From NCBI GenBank assembly GCA_965116925.1, contig OZ220744.1:5504001-5568000 (forward strand): DNA of 64,000 nucleotides, in the 5' to 3' direction. A program made the position numbers and the translations under genes. This document shows, piece after piece, positions 20,018 through 29,553 of this stretch; position 1 is the stretch's first letter; the number at the start of each line of letters is the position of its first letter. Under the pieces are notes generated by a model. It was not told where the DNA came from, did no database searches, and worked only from the letters and a program-made list of their open reading frames with translations. This DNA comes from Candidatus Poribacteria bacterium (GTDB taxonomy: Bacteria; Poribacteria; WGA-4E; PCPOR2b).

Positions 20018-21877
20018 TCAATTAATTCCCGTCAAGAGCGTTAAAAATTCTTCCGGTTCAACAAACTTTTCAAGCCTTTTGCCTGTCAACTGATTCCCTT
20101 CAGAATCAAAGAAAATGACCACCGGCAAACCAACAATGCCGTATTTTTGTTTCAGCCGTTCGACTTCATCCGAGTTTCGAGTGAAGTCCAGTTTGACGTT
20201 CACAAATTTCGATAACTTTGATTTTACCACGGGATCAGAATAGGTATGCTCTAGTTCGTTGCAAGCAGCACACCATGTAGCGTAGAAATCGAGCATAACA
20301 GGTTTCCCTTCCCTCCGTCCAGCCTCCAATCCTTGGACTTCGTCGGCTATCCAGACGAGATCACTTTCCGCTGTTGTGAGTCCGCCGACAAACATATAAA
20401 GCCCAACAACTGCCAATAGAACGCCAACCGCTTTGCGGAGTTGCACCAAACGGGGCAGGTCTTTGAACCGCTGGGAAAATTTACCGAGGGCAACCCCAGC
20501 TAGCACGAACACACCCGCAATGACAAAAAAGCCCGTAGAATTCTGAAGCAGGGAGCGTAATGGTGGAATGGCATCTTTGAGGAAATACAGTGCCACTGTG
20601 ATTATAGCGACACCGAATATGTTCTCCAAAATATACATCCAGCCCCCAGATCTTGGGAGGGCGGCGATGGCCCCTGAAAACGTACCGATCACGATAAACA
20701 ACAATCCCATACCGAGGGCATAGGTCAACAGCAGCCAGAATCCGAGGAAAACGCTCTCTGTGGTAGCCACGTAGGAAAGCACTGCACCCAACGCCGGTCC
20801 TGTACAAGGTGCGGCGATGATGCCGGCAACGGTTCCCATCGCAAAGGCACCGGCAAATCCGGCACCGCCAACAGTGTTGAGTCGATTCTGCAGGGCGTAA
20901 GGCACACGGAGCTCAAAGACACCGAGCATCGAGAGCCCGAGCGCGAACAGAATCCCGCATACAGGAACTATGACCCGTGGATCTGCCATTATCTGTCCAA
21001 AGACCGCCCCCGTTGACGCGACAGCAACGCCCAGAATTGCGTATGTTAGTGCGATGCCGAGAACATAAGTAAGGGATAAGAGAAAGGATCGCAGACGACC
21101 TACGGATTCACCCGCACCAAAGACGGAAACAGTAATCGGGATTAGTGGGTAAACGCACGGCGTGAAACTAGTCAAGATTCCGCCCACAAAAACGAAGAGG
21201 AATGCCCAAAAGTAACCTTGGGATAACGCTTGAGAAAATTTACCGCTTTCGCTTGTAGCGGGCTCAGAGGGGTTATCCGGAGGAGAACCGAGTTGCAGGT
21301 TTGCAAAGATAGTGTCGTTAATGGGTTGAATCGGTTGGTCCATTCCAACAACGTCAATCGCAACATTGAAATCGATTGTTTTCGGCAGCAAACACTGTTC
21401 ATCGTTACACGCTTGATATGTCAATTGGAAGGGAAGCGTCATCTGTCCTAACGGTGCTGAGTCTAGTAATGTCGTTTGGAACCCGATCACGGCTTCATCG
21501 TGATACACCGGGACTTTTCCGCCCAACGAAGCAATTTCGAGGACATCTGCCTTGGGATATACTACTTCGCCAAATATCAGATCGGCGTGGTCGGGCAAGG
21601 TAACTTCTGTGGGGATTAAGCCTTCCCCGGCAGGATTCGCATTTGCGTGCCAGTTAGGCGCGAACTTCATCACGACAGCCATCTGGAATGTGCTTCCGGG
21701 CTGCACCTGATTTACTGACAAGACCCCATGCGCCGTGACAATCTCAGGTGGCTTATCATTTTGCTTAGGCAGTCCAAAACGCGATAACTGCCCCCATAAG
21801 GTGGCAGGCGTTCCGATGTATAGTGCACAGATAAGGTATAGTAGAAAGTGAGGGCGAAAAACTGATTTTCTCTTCAT
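20018..21877 (-). CDS. dsbD: Thiol:disulfide interchange protein DsbD (alpha, beta, gamma domains)
   Basis: alpha YQACNDEQCLLP; beta SFTPCVYPLIP and AAPCTGP; gamma DFYATWCAAC..GLP. Confidence 0.92.
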   Translation of the reverse strand: MKRKSVFRPHFLLYLICALYIGTPATLWGQLSRFGLPKQNDKPPEIVTAHGVLSVNQVQPGSTFQMAVVMKFAPNWHANANPAGEGLIPTEVTLPDHADLIFGEVVYPKADVLEIASLGGKVPVYHDEAVIGFQTTLLDSAPLGQMTLPFQLTYQACNDEQCLLPKTIDFNVAIDVVGMDQPIQPINDTIFANLQLGSPPDNPSEPATSESGKFSQALSQGYFWAFLFVFVGGILTSFTPCVYPLIPITVSVFGAGESVGRLRSFLLSLTYVLGIALTYAILGVAVASTGAVFGQIMADPRVIVPVCGILFALGLSMLGVFELRVPYALQNRLNTVGGAGFAGAFAMGTVAGIIAAPCTGPALGAVLSYVATTESVFLGFWLLLTYALGMGLLFIVIGTFSGAIAALPRSGGWMYILENIFGVAIITVALYFLKDAIPPLRSLLQNSTGFFVIAGVFVLAGVALGKFSQRFKDLPRLVQLRKAVGVLLAVVGLYMFVGGLTTAESDLVWIADEVQGLEAGRREGKPVMLDFYATWCAACNELEHTYSDPVVKSKLSKFVNVKLDFTRNSDEVERLKQKYGIVGLPVVIFFDSEGNQLTGKRLEKFVEPEEFLTLLTGIN

Positions 21878-21919
21878 GTCTAACTTTCCCGGCTGTAAAA
21901 GACTCCTGAAAGGTGCAGC

Positions 21920-22360
21920 TTATTTTTGCAATTGCTGATTAATTGCTGCACTCATTTCCTTTAGCGTCTGCTTGCTCGTTAGGCGTGTCGATATATCTCG
22001 CGTTTGGCTATCGAGCAGTAGGATGAAACCCGTTCCCTGATTGGCTTTGTAGGCTTCACCCATTCCAAGTGCTGAGGCGAGCAATTCTGACTGATAGTGA
22101 GTGGTCCGGTTCGTAAAATCTAGGGTAACGAAGAGTACAGGCTTCCCATCGAACTTGTTCTGCAAATCGGTGAAGATGGTCCCCATCTTTTTGCAGGAAC
22201 CTCACCAATCTGCGTGAAACTTCACAGCAATTATCTGTGGGGCAGCAGGCTCATTGGCTGACTCCTCGCCAGACAAGCTGATAGTCGTTACAATTAAGGT
22301 GGTCGCTACCATGATGGCCAAGGCAACCAAAATCCATCGAAGTTGAACGGGGTATTTCAT
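21920..22360 (-). CDS. Exported thioredoxin-like selenoprotein (UxxC), Sec at TGA 22204-22202
   Basis: One frame: MKYPVQLRW, hydrophobic helix, ...AVKFHADW-TGA-GSCKKMG...; 146 aa with read-through; AAAGGA RBS. Confidence 0.88.
22157..22201 (-). promoter_or_regulatory. Bacterial SECIS-like hairpin immediately 3' of the UGA
   Basis: Lower stem CUGCAAA/UUUGCAG, upper stem AAGAUGG/CCAUCUU, G-rich apical loop. Confidence 0.75.
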
Positions 22361-22492
22361 GATGTTTTTCCTTTCGTTTTTTGTGAGAAGAGGGTCAAAG
22401 GGTAGAAGAAAAGCAAATGAATTGCAGATTGTGGATACCTTATTCGCTAAGGGCCTCCACAACCTACGTGCGTATTACATTCGGTTTCATAC

Positions 22493-24055
22493 CTACTTCG
22501 GCTCAAGGATAGCGCAGGGTAAGATCATCTCCTCCATTGAGATGCCGCCGTGCTGGAATCCTCCGTTAAATTGGTGCTTATAGTCGTTAAACTGACTCGG
22601 ATAAACGAAGTAATAGTCCTCTTTGGCAAGGACATAATTCTTTTCGTAAGGCGTATCGGGCAGCATGTACTGCTCTGGCTGCGTAATTCTCAACCCGGCC
22701 TCTTCGTCACATATAAGTTCGCCGCCGACTTTGAACCGAAGCCCATTCGTTGCGGGTCTATCGCCTGAAACCTTCGCTGCACGTTGACACAAAATCGAAC
22801 CGTGATCCGCCGTTAAAATGACTGTAACGCCTCGATCTGCCAACAATTTGAGGATCTTATACACCCCTGAATGCTGAAACCAATTTTGCACAAATGTGCG
22901 AAACGCGGTTTCATTGGGAATGAGTTGCTTGAGCAGGGCGATCTCAGAACGTTTATGGGTCAGGTGATCAATACAGCCAACGACCACCGCTGCTAAACTG
23001 ATGCGTTTGGTATTGCTAATCCATTGGAGGTACTCCATTTCCCCGCGCACATCAAAGATTTTAAAATAGTGCGAAGCGGGTTTAAGATAGATACCGTGTC
23101 TCTCTAGTTGCAATCGCATCAGATCTTTTTCATAACGGTTGACACTGGTGTTTTCATCATCAGTTTCCACCCATAAATCGGGATAGCGTTGCGAAAACTC
23201 TAGCGGAAACAGTCCGCTAAAAATCGAGTTCCGAGAGTAATTTGTCGCTGTCGGCAAGATTGAGTAGTGATGGTGTGTCGTAATCTGAAAGTATGGGTCT
23301 AGGAGCGGCTTAATTTTTAGCCAGTGATCCAGCCGCATACAGTCCATCACCATAAAGAAGACCTGCTTGCCAACCTGTATCTCTGGAATAACATGTTTGT
23401 AAAGTAGATCTACCGATAAAACGGGGGAATCCTCACCGACCAACCAATCGGAATAGTTATCTTCAATATAGCGGGCAAATAGGGCGTTACATTCCTGTTT
23501 CTCCAGCCTATGTGTTTCACGTAAGTTATCGGCGATGTCAAGTTCATCTAGGCGCAAATCCCATTCGGCGAGCTGGGTGTAAATATCAATCCATGTTTTC
23601 CAATCGACCCCCTCCTGTTTTAGTGCGCTTCGCTTATTAAAGTCGATAACATACTCTTGAGCGGTATAATCTTCCGTAACAGCATCGTATTCTAGGAGGA
23701 ACGCCAGTTGTGAGGCAATCTGTTGTGGGCTCAACGGCTTCATTAAGAAATCATCAACGCGATGGATAATTGCCTCATTCAAAATCTTCCGTTGCTCGTT
23801 TTCGGTTACCATGACCACCGGTAAATGGGGGCATTTCCTCTTGATCGCCGAAAGCAGACAAATCCCGTCCATATCGGGCATCATATGGTTAATCAGGACC
23901 GCGTCGTAAGTTTTTTTCTTTAACTGAGATAACCCATCAACCCCCGTCAATGCAGGCGTAATCTGATAACCCTTTTGTTCCAAGAATCGGATGTGCTTTT
24001 CTAAACTGTTTATCTCATCATCAATCCACAAAATCCTCCTTGCTTGTGTTTGCAT
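22493..24055 (-). CDS. PorX-like receiver + PglZ/alkaline-phosphatase domain protein
   Basis: ILWIDDEI receiver; MDCMRLDHW, SILPTATNYSRNSIFSG, DHLTH, TADHG, FQHGGISMEEM as in PorX. Confidence 0.88.
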   Translation of the reverse strand: MQTQARRILWIDDEINSLEKHIRFLEQKGYQITPALTGVDGLSQLKKKTYDAVLINHMMPDMDGICLLSAIKRKCPHLPVVMVTENEQRKILNEAIIHRVDDFLMKPLSPQQIASQLAFLLEYDAVTEDYTAQEYVIDFNKRSALKQEGVDWKTWIDIYTQLAEWDLRLDELDIADNLRETHRLEKQECNALFARYIEDNYSDWLVGEDSPVLSVDLLYKHVIPEIQVGKQVFFMVMDCMRLDHWLKIKPLLDPYFQITTHHHYSILPTATNYSRNSIFSGLFPLEFSQRYPDLWVETDDENTSVNRYEKDLMRLQLERHGIYLKPASHYFKIFDVRGEMEYLQWISNTKRISLAAVVVGCIDHLTHKRSEIALLKQLIPNETAFRTFVQNWFQHSGVYKILKLLADRGVTVILTADHGSILCQRAAKVSGDRPATNGLRFKVGGELICDEEAGLRITQPEQYMLPDTPYEKNYVLAKEDYYFVYPSQFNDYKHQFNGGFQHGGISMEEMILPCAILEPK

Positions 24056-24629
24056 TACATATCACCTCACCCTCCCTATATTGCCGCAAGGTTGCGGCTT
24101 GTAGCTCCGCACGGTATCTCAAACCGGCGGATTCTGACTCTTGCAGAGCCTTCAAAAGATTGGTATTTAATTCATCAAAAGTTGCCCAACGGGCACCAGC
24201 GATTTCTTTGGTATCAACAGGTTGTAAACGCCCGCCTATAGCCTGAGCGGCAAAGACATGAGATGTCCAGAACACCGTTTCGTCCTTAAAAGAGAAGTGA
24301 ACATACACTTTGAGGAGATATTTCTGGAGTTGAATCTCTAAGCCTGTTTCCTCATAGGCTTCCCGCTGTGCGCCTATTTCAAAATCTTCTCCTCGTTCAA
24401 CGCCACCGCTGGGCGGGCGGTAAACATCAAGAGGATAACTCGGTTTTCGGATCACCGCAATTTTATTACCTTTAGAAATGAACAGAGTGACATCGTGCGC
24501 CCGTCCGTGTCGCATGCTCCACTTGAGCAGGTCAAACCCTTGTTGATTCATCGTGTAGGCAGTGCGTAGGATACGTGGCACACCATATTTCTCTTCAAGT
24601 CGATTCAGCACTTCTTGGGTGATGTACAT
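24021..24629 (-). CDS. Nudix hydrolase
   Basis: Nudix box GGVERGEDFEIGAQREAYEETGL. Confidence 0.9.
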   Translation of the reverse strand: MYITQEVLNRLEEKYGVPRILRTAYTMNQQGFDLLKWSMRHGRAHDVTLFISKGNKIAVIRKPSYPLDVYRPPSGGVERGEDFEIGAQREAYEETGLEIQLQKYLLKVYVHFSFKDETVFWTSHVFAAQAIGGRLQPVDTKEIAGARWATFDELNTNLLKALQESESAGLRYRAELQAATLRQYREGEVICNANTSKEDFVD

Positions 24630-24631
24630 TG

Positions 24632-24674
24632 TGTGAAACGTGAAACCTAATGCGTAATGCGTGAAACGTGAAAA
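24632..24674. repeat. Heptamer tandem repeats (cgtgaaa / cgtaatg)
   Basis: gtgaaacgtgaaacctaatgcgtaatgcgtgaaacgtgaaa; relatives at ~381-409, ~30848 and ~54141. Confidence 0.7.
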
Positions 24675-24748
24675 TCATTAGCAGTAAGGAACAACAATCG
24701 TTATTCCCTACAGTTTTTGTTATATGATTTCTTAACATGAATCCGACA

Positions 24749-26080
24749 CTAAATCCCACCGACAAAACGCCCTACATTCAACAAGCCGATCGGATCCAGC
24801 TTGGTTTTGATTGCTTTCATCAGTTCAAAGCTACGGCCGATCGGTCCCCAGACATCAATTTGACGTTTGAGCGCCGTTGGTGCGGACTCAACAATTAGGT
24901 TTCCACCAACATTCGCAGCAGCGTCGCGCAGATTTGCGATAGTGTCCGCTACATGCTGCACCGGCATCTCACCGTTGGGAAAGTCTGAGAAGATGATATA
25001 GACAACGCCATTTCCCATTAATCCCGTCGCTCGTACCCGCCAAGAGGATGGATCATTCATCTCTAAGACGGTCTTAATGAAGTCTCCAACATCGGTCATA
25101 CGGAGATTCGCTCGACAGATGACGGTCGCAGCAACCGATCCGTTCTCTGGAAAGGCGCACATTGACGCCCGGAGTTCCCGCTGCCGCTGCCCTTCATACA
25201 CTCCCACACCGATAGCCCCGCTTTGTTGCGCTATTGTCTTAACAGAATCAATTTGCCATTCAACAGTTTCGGGATGTCCGTCCAGTCCAATCAAGAGGCA
25301 GGGTTCAGACCTGTCGGTGAGCGGTGCACCATTAACAAATAGGTTAAAAAAAGTGGGCAGCAGTTGCGAACCTGATATTTCTGAGGCAACATTCACCGCC
25401 TCCCCAATGTCGGCAAAAGTTAATAAAATATTACGCTCAATTTCTGGTAACGGTTGCAGCTTGAGCGAAACTTCCGTTATAACCCCCAGTGTGCCGAACG
25501 ATCCAAGGTATAACTTATTGAGATCATATCCGGCTACATTTTTGACAACCTTGCCACCGCTCTTAACAACGGTTCCGCTTGATTGGACAACCCGCATTCC
25601 GAGGACAAGATCTCGAGCACTGCCAAATCGAAACCGCGAGGGCCCGCTGGCGTTTGTTGCGGTTATTCCACCAATTGTGCATCGATCAGCGTAAGGCGGA
25701 TCGAGTGAGAAGTATTGCCCATGTTCAGCCAACTTGGCTTGGAGCACCGCGAGCCGAATTCCTGCCTCCACCGTTACCGTCAGGTCGGCGGGCTCATATT
25801 CCAGCACTTGGTCCAACCTTGACGTTGACAGGATCAAATCGACCCCCTCTGGCGGATTGCCAACCCCTAATTTGGTTCCACTTCCCGCGGGGATAACCGA
25901 CAAGCCACTATCCGCGGCATAGCCCAATACCTCTTGAATTTCATGGACTGACGCAGGTAAAACGACGGCTTGAGGACCAATGCCGTCAATTGCATAACGA
26001 TTTAGTTGATCATTAGGAAGCAACCCCGCTTCGCCGACAATTTGAACTATATCTTCGTATAATTGATTTGACTTAGACAT
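24749..26080 (-). CDS. glcE: Glycolate oxidase FAD-binding subunit GlcE-like
   Basis: EYEPADLTVTVEAG, TIGGI.ATNASGP, KSGGKVVKNVAGYDL.KL, K..LDP.GLLN.GRF. Confidence 0.85.
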   Translation of the reverse strand: MSKSNQLYEDIVQIVGEAGLLPNDQLNRYAIDGIGPQAVVLPASVHEIQEVLGYAADSGLSVIPAGSGTKLGVGNPPEGVDLILSTSRLDQVLEYEPADLTVTVEAGIRLAVLQAKLAEHGQYFSLDPPYADRCTIGGITATNASGPSRFRFGSARDLVLGMRVVQSSGTVVKSGGKVVKNVAGYDLNKLYLGSFGTLGVITEVSLKLQPLPEIERNILLTFADIGEAVNVASEISGSQLLPTFFNLFVNGAPLTDRSEPCLLIGLDGHPETVEWQIDSVKTIAQQSGAIGVGVYEGQRQRELRASMCAFPENGSVAATVICRANLRMTDVGDFIKTVLEMNDPSSWRVRATGLMGNGVVYIIFSDFPNGEMPVQHVADTIANLRDAAANVGGNLIVESAPTALKRQIDVWGPIGRSFELMKAIKTKLDPIGLLNVGRFVGGI

Positions 26081-26089
26081 ATCGATAAG

Positions 26090-26788
26090 TTACTCAACCC
26101 CAAAGCTATCAAATTTGACAATGGCGGGGCTGCTATCTCCGTGTTGGGATTTTCCATACACGCCCACTTTACCCGGTCTAAGCGATCGTTCGTGAAAGCG
26201 TCCGATATTCTCACCGTTGATTGAGAGCGTCACATTTTGACCGACTTGACGTGCGGAAAGCTTGATTGGGGTATCCTTTTGAAAGGTTATTTCGCGTGTG
26301 CGAATATCCGGCGCACGCATACTCCTTCCACCGATATGCCCCTCGATTCCCACGCTACATTTCTTGCCGAACGGGTCTGCACCCGCCGGACGGTATACAT
26401 AGAATAGGATTTGTGCACTTTTACCTCGGACAGCGAAAGCGATACCGACCGATTCACCGACATTTGGCGGCATCACTTCAGCGGTCACGGTGTATTCTTT
26501 CATCGCAGCACTTTCGACGGATGATAACAGGAGCGTATCCTCTTGCCCGGCTTGTAGGTGTAACATTCCCCCTTCAATTTTATGGGGTGCTTCGACTGCA
26601 AACAGAGATCCATCTGACTGATCGAAGGCGTCCATCTTGGGACCCGTGGCGGGCATCGCTTCCGCTTCGGTTGACTCAGTCATCGCGGGTTGGGCTGCTT
26701 CCGGTGTGCTAGCTGGAGGGGCACACCCAATTCCGATTGCTACAATTGCAACAGTGACCAATTGTAAGACTTGGCTCCAGTATTTCAT
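26090..26788 (-). CDS. Lipoprotein with beta-sandwich (DUF1080/ConA-like) domain
   Basis: Lipobox IGIGC, Pro/Ala linker, beta-rich ending GKVGVYG..VKFD; GAGG RBS before ATG 26788. Confidence 0.65.
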   Translation of the reverse strand: MKYWSQVLQLVTVAIVAIGIGCAPPASTPEAAQPAMTESTEAEAMPATGPKMDAFDQSDGSLFAVEAPHKIEGGMLHLQAGQEDTLLLSSVESAAMKEYTVTAEVMPPNVGESVGIAFAVRGKSAQILFYVYRPAGADPFGKKCSVGIEGHIGGRSMRAPDIRTREITFQKDTPIKLSARQVGQNVTLSINGENIGRFHERSLRPGKVGVYGKSQHGDSSPAIVKFDSFGVE

Positions 26789-26810
26789 AATACCTCCTCT
26801 ATCTGTGCAA

Positions 26811-26919
26811 ATATCGCTCCGCTGGGGCTTTAGCTGCTCTGCTTCACACATTGCGCTCCTCTGGAGCGCGAGCATCAGAGGAATCGACATTCTATAGACA
26901 TATCGCTCCTCTGGAGCGA
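26811..26919. repeat. Three (C)GCTCCtctGGAGC(G) palindromes
   Basis: atatcgctccgctggggc (26811), gcgctcctctggagcgc (26853), atatcgctcctctggagcga (26900). Confidence 0.7.
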
Positions 26920-27013
26920 AAGTCAGAGCACATAAACTTTACAGACAATAGCGAATTTTCAATAGCAGCTTGGAATATCATAACAAGTAATATGCTTGTT
27001 ACCTTTTCAACCG

Positions 27014-28423
27014 TTATAGCCCAAGTTTGGCGTACGATTCGGCGGTTGGGAATATTTTTCCGGGGTTACACAACCCTGATGGATTGAAGATGTCTTTAAC
27101 GATTGCCATCACCGCCAGATCTTCAGGACTGAAAATCAACGGCATATAATCCATCTTCTCAACCCCGATACCGTGTTCGCCAGTTATCGTCCCACCAGCT
27201 TCCGCACATGCGCTGAGAATCTCCATGTTCACCGCTTCGACCCGCTCACATTGATCTGCGTCGCGTTCATCAAACAGGACGATCGGGTGAATATTTCCAT
27301 CGCCAGCGTGAAATACATTTGCGATAGGAATGTCGTACTTCTCAGAAATTTCTGCGATTCGTCTGAGGACTTTGGGGAGCTGTGTGCGAGGCACTACCCC
27401 ATCTTGTGTGATATAGTTGGGCGCGAGTCGCCCAAACGATCCGAAAGCACTTTTACGCGATTTCCAGATTTGCTGCCGATCCGCCTCATCTTTGGCGTAG
27501 CGGGTTTCGCGGCAGTTGTTCTCATTGAAGATTTTGGTTATCTGCTCTGCTTGCTGCGGCATCCCAGCTGTTATGCCATCTAGTTCAACGATGAGAACAG
27601 CACCAGCGTCCAGCGGGAATCCCCAATGGAATGCCTCCTCGACCGCTCTGATAACAAAGTGGTCCATCATCTCCAGCGCAGCGGGAATGATGCCTTCCGC
27701 AATGATACTGGACACCACGTTAGATGCATCGTCGATCGTTTCAAAGACGCCGAGTAGAGTTTGGTAACCTTCCGGTTTGCGTAAGAGCCGGACGATCGCT
27801 TTTGTCACGATACCGAAGGTGCCCTCTGATCCGATCATGACGCCCCGAATGTCGTAGCCGGGTGTTTCTTCAATGGCACCGCCGAACTCGACAATCTCCC
27901 CGTCAGTCAACACCACCTCTAGCCCCAGAACGTGATTCGAGGTGACGCCATATTTGAGTGTGTGGGGACCACCGGAGTTTTCAGCGATGTTCCCGCCGAT
28001 GCTACAAGCCTGTTGACTAGAGGGGTCAGGTGCATAGTAGTATCCATCATCTTGAACGGCTTGCGTCAGCCAAAGGTTTACAACCCCCGGCTCTACAACT
28101 GCCTGTTGGTTCGCTATATCGATCTCAAGGATACGATTCATTCGGTTTAGCGCAATAATGATGCCACCGTTGACAGTCAACATGCCGCCACTCAAGCCGG
28201 TCCCCGCGCCCCGTGCAACGAAGGGAACGTTGTGCTTGTTTGCTACCTTGACAATCGCTGAAATCTCTTGTGGGGTTGTCGGAAAAACGACAACATCGGG
28301 CAGTGCTTTGAACACGGTTGCCCCGTCGCATTCATAGACGGAAAGCGAAGTGGGATCGGTGATTACATGCTCCGATCCAACGATATTTGCAAGTTCGGAA
28401 ATGAGTGGATCGTTTTCCTTCAT
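27014..28423 (-). CDS. glcD: Glycolate oxidase subunit GlcD
   Basis: ARGAGTGLSGG, YAPDPSSQQACSIGGNIAENSGGPH, HAGDGNIHP, GEHGIG, NPGK. Confidence 0.92.
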   Translation of the reverse strand: MKENDPLISELANIVGSEHVITDPTSLSVYECDGATVFKALPDVVVFPTTPQEISAIVKVANKHNVPFVARGAGTGLSGGMLTVNGGIIIALNRMNRILEIDIANQQAVVEPGVVNLWLTQAVQDDGYYYAPDPSSQQACSIGGNIAENSGGPHTLKYGVTSNHVLGLEVVLTDGEIVEFGGAIEETPGYDIRGVMIGSEGTFGIVTKAIVRLLRKPEGYQTLLGVFETIDDASNVVSSIIAEGIIPAALEMMDHFVIRAVEEAFHWGFPLDAGAVLIVELDGITAGMPQQAEQITKIFNENNCRETRYAKDEADRQQIWKSRKSAFGSFGRLAPNYITQDGVVPRTQLPKVLRRIAEISEKYDIPIANVFHAGDGNIHPIVLFDERDADQCERVEAVNMEILSACAEAGGTITGEHGIGVEKMDYMPLIFSPEDLAVMAIVKDIFNPSGLCNPGKIFPTAESYAKLGL

Positions 28424-28523
28424 TGGGTAGACCTCCTATCTGAAGCATTAAGAAGGATTGGGAGAAGAGTACGCTACAGGCCTTACGCAAATTTAGCACA
28501 CGAGGGATAGATTTTTGATTTTT

Positions 28524-28572
28524 AACCCCCTAAATCCCCCAACCCCCTATATCCCCCTTGTCAGGGGGACTT
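28524..28572. repeat. REP-like AACCCCCTAAATCCCCCTTnnnAGGGGGACTT with duplicated 17-nt head
   Basis: Second copy at 43364-43395. Confidence 0.75.
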
Positions 28573-28596
28573 ATGAACGCGCTGCGTAAGTCTCAT

Positions 28597-29553
28597 CTAA
28601 ATAATTTTCAATTCGTCATCTGAATCTTGGTCCCCGAGTTCTTCCACAAGTTGGGTGGCTATATGGTGGAACGCTTGGGATTGTGGCGAGTCGGGCTGAG
28701 ATGCAACGATGGGCACGCCGAGATCGCCGGCGGTACAGACTTCGGCATCAAGGGGAATCTCACCCAAGAATCGGGTTCCCAGTTTTTCACTGGTCTTGAC
28801 TCCGCCATCCCTTCGGAAGATGTCCGTCCTTTCCCCGCAGTGGGGACACGCAAAATAGCTCATGTTTTCGACCACGCCCAGAATTGGCACACCCAATTTA
28901 TCAAACATAGCCGCACCACGCCGGACATCAGCGAGTGCGACATCCTGCGGTGTCGTCACAATTAGACCACCCGTCAGCGGAATCGACTGCGTTAGAGAGA
29001 GTGCGACATCCCCGGTGCCGGGTGGCAAGTCGATGATGAGGTAGTCGAGTTCACCCCAAATTACATCACCCAGAAATTGACGAACTGCGCTGTGTAGCAT
29101 GGGTCCTCGCCAAATCAACGCCTGCTCATCGGGAACAAGGAAGCCGATGGACATCAGTTTGATGCCGTGTCGGACGATTGGGATGAGTTTCTTTTCTGGA
29201 CTGGTCTGTGGCTGCTCCTTTGCCCCCATCATGGTGGGAATGCTGGGGCCGTAGGCGTCTGCATCCATCAGTCCGACTTGCGCCCCGTTTTGCGCTAACG
29301 CGATTGCCAGATTGGTGGCAACGGTTGATTTGCCAACACCGCCCTTTCCACTCGCCACAGCAATCTTGGATTTAACGTTTGGGATGAGGATATTTTGTGG
29401 CTGCCCTTGGGGGGGCATCCCCATCTGTGGAGCGGTGGGCCTGCCAGCCGGTGCTGCATCTGCCATTTTGAGCTCTGGATGGCCCGCCATGCGTGGCTTG
29501 GCTGACTCTGGATTTTTTGGTTCTGTTTTCTTGTCTTTTTTGAACAAGTTCAT
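28597..29553 (-). CDS. apbC: Mrp/ApbC/NBP35 Fe-S cluster carrier ATPase
   Basis: [36 protein letters not shown]. Confidence 0.95.
   Translation of the reverse strand: MNLFKKDKKTEPKNPESAKPRMAGHPELKMADAAPAGRPTAPQMGMPPQGQPQNILIPNVKSKIAVASGKGGVGKSTVATNLAIALAQNGAQVGLMDADAYGPSIPTMMGAKEQPQTSPEKKLIPIVRHGIKLMSIGFLVPDEQALIWRGPMLHSAVRQFLGDVIWGELDYLIIDLPPGTGDVALSLTQSIPLTGGLIVTTPQDVALADVRRGAAMFDKLGVPILGVVENMSYFACPHCGERTDIFRRDGGVKTSEKLGTRFLGEIPLDAEVCTAGDLGVPIVASQPDSPQSQAFHHIATQLVEELGDQDSDDELKII

Noticed and set aside
22202..22204. Genome-wide TGA reassignment (code 4/25) as the reason for the in-frame TGA
   Set aside because: TGA is a normal stop elsewhere (9670-9672; iscS stop overlapping the apbC ATG) and other genes are not fragmented
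22493..24055. BREX system suggested by the PglZ domain
   Set aside because: Architecture is receiver-PglZ (PorX type); no brxC, pglX or brxL nearby
26811..26919. Mini CRISPR array
   Set aside because: Repeats are short, unequal and unevenly spaced; no leader or cas genes
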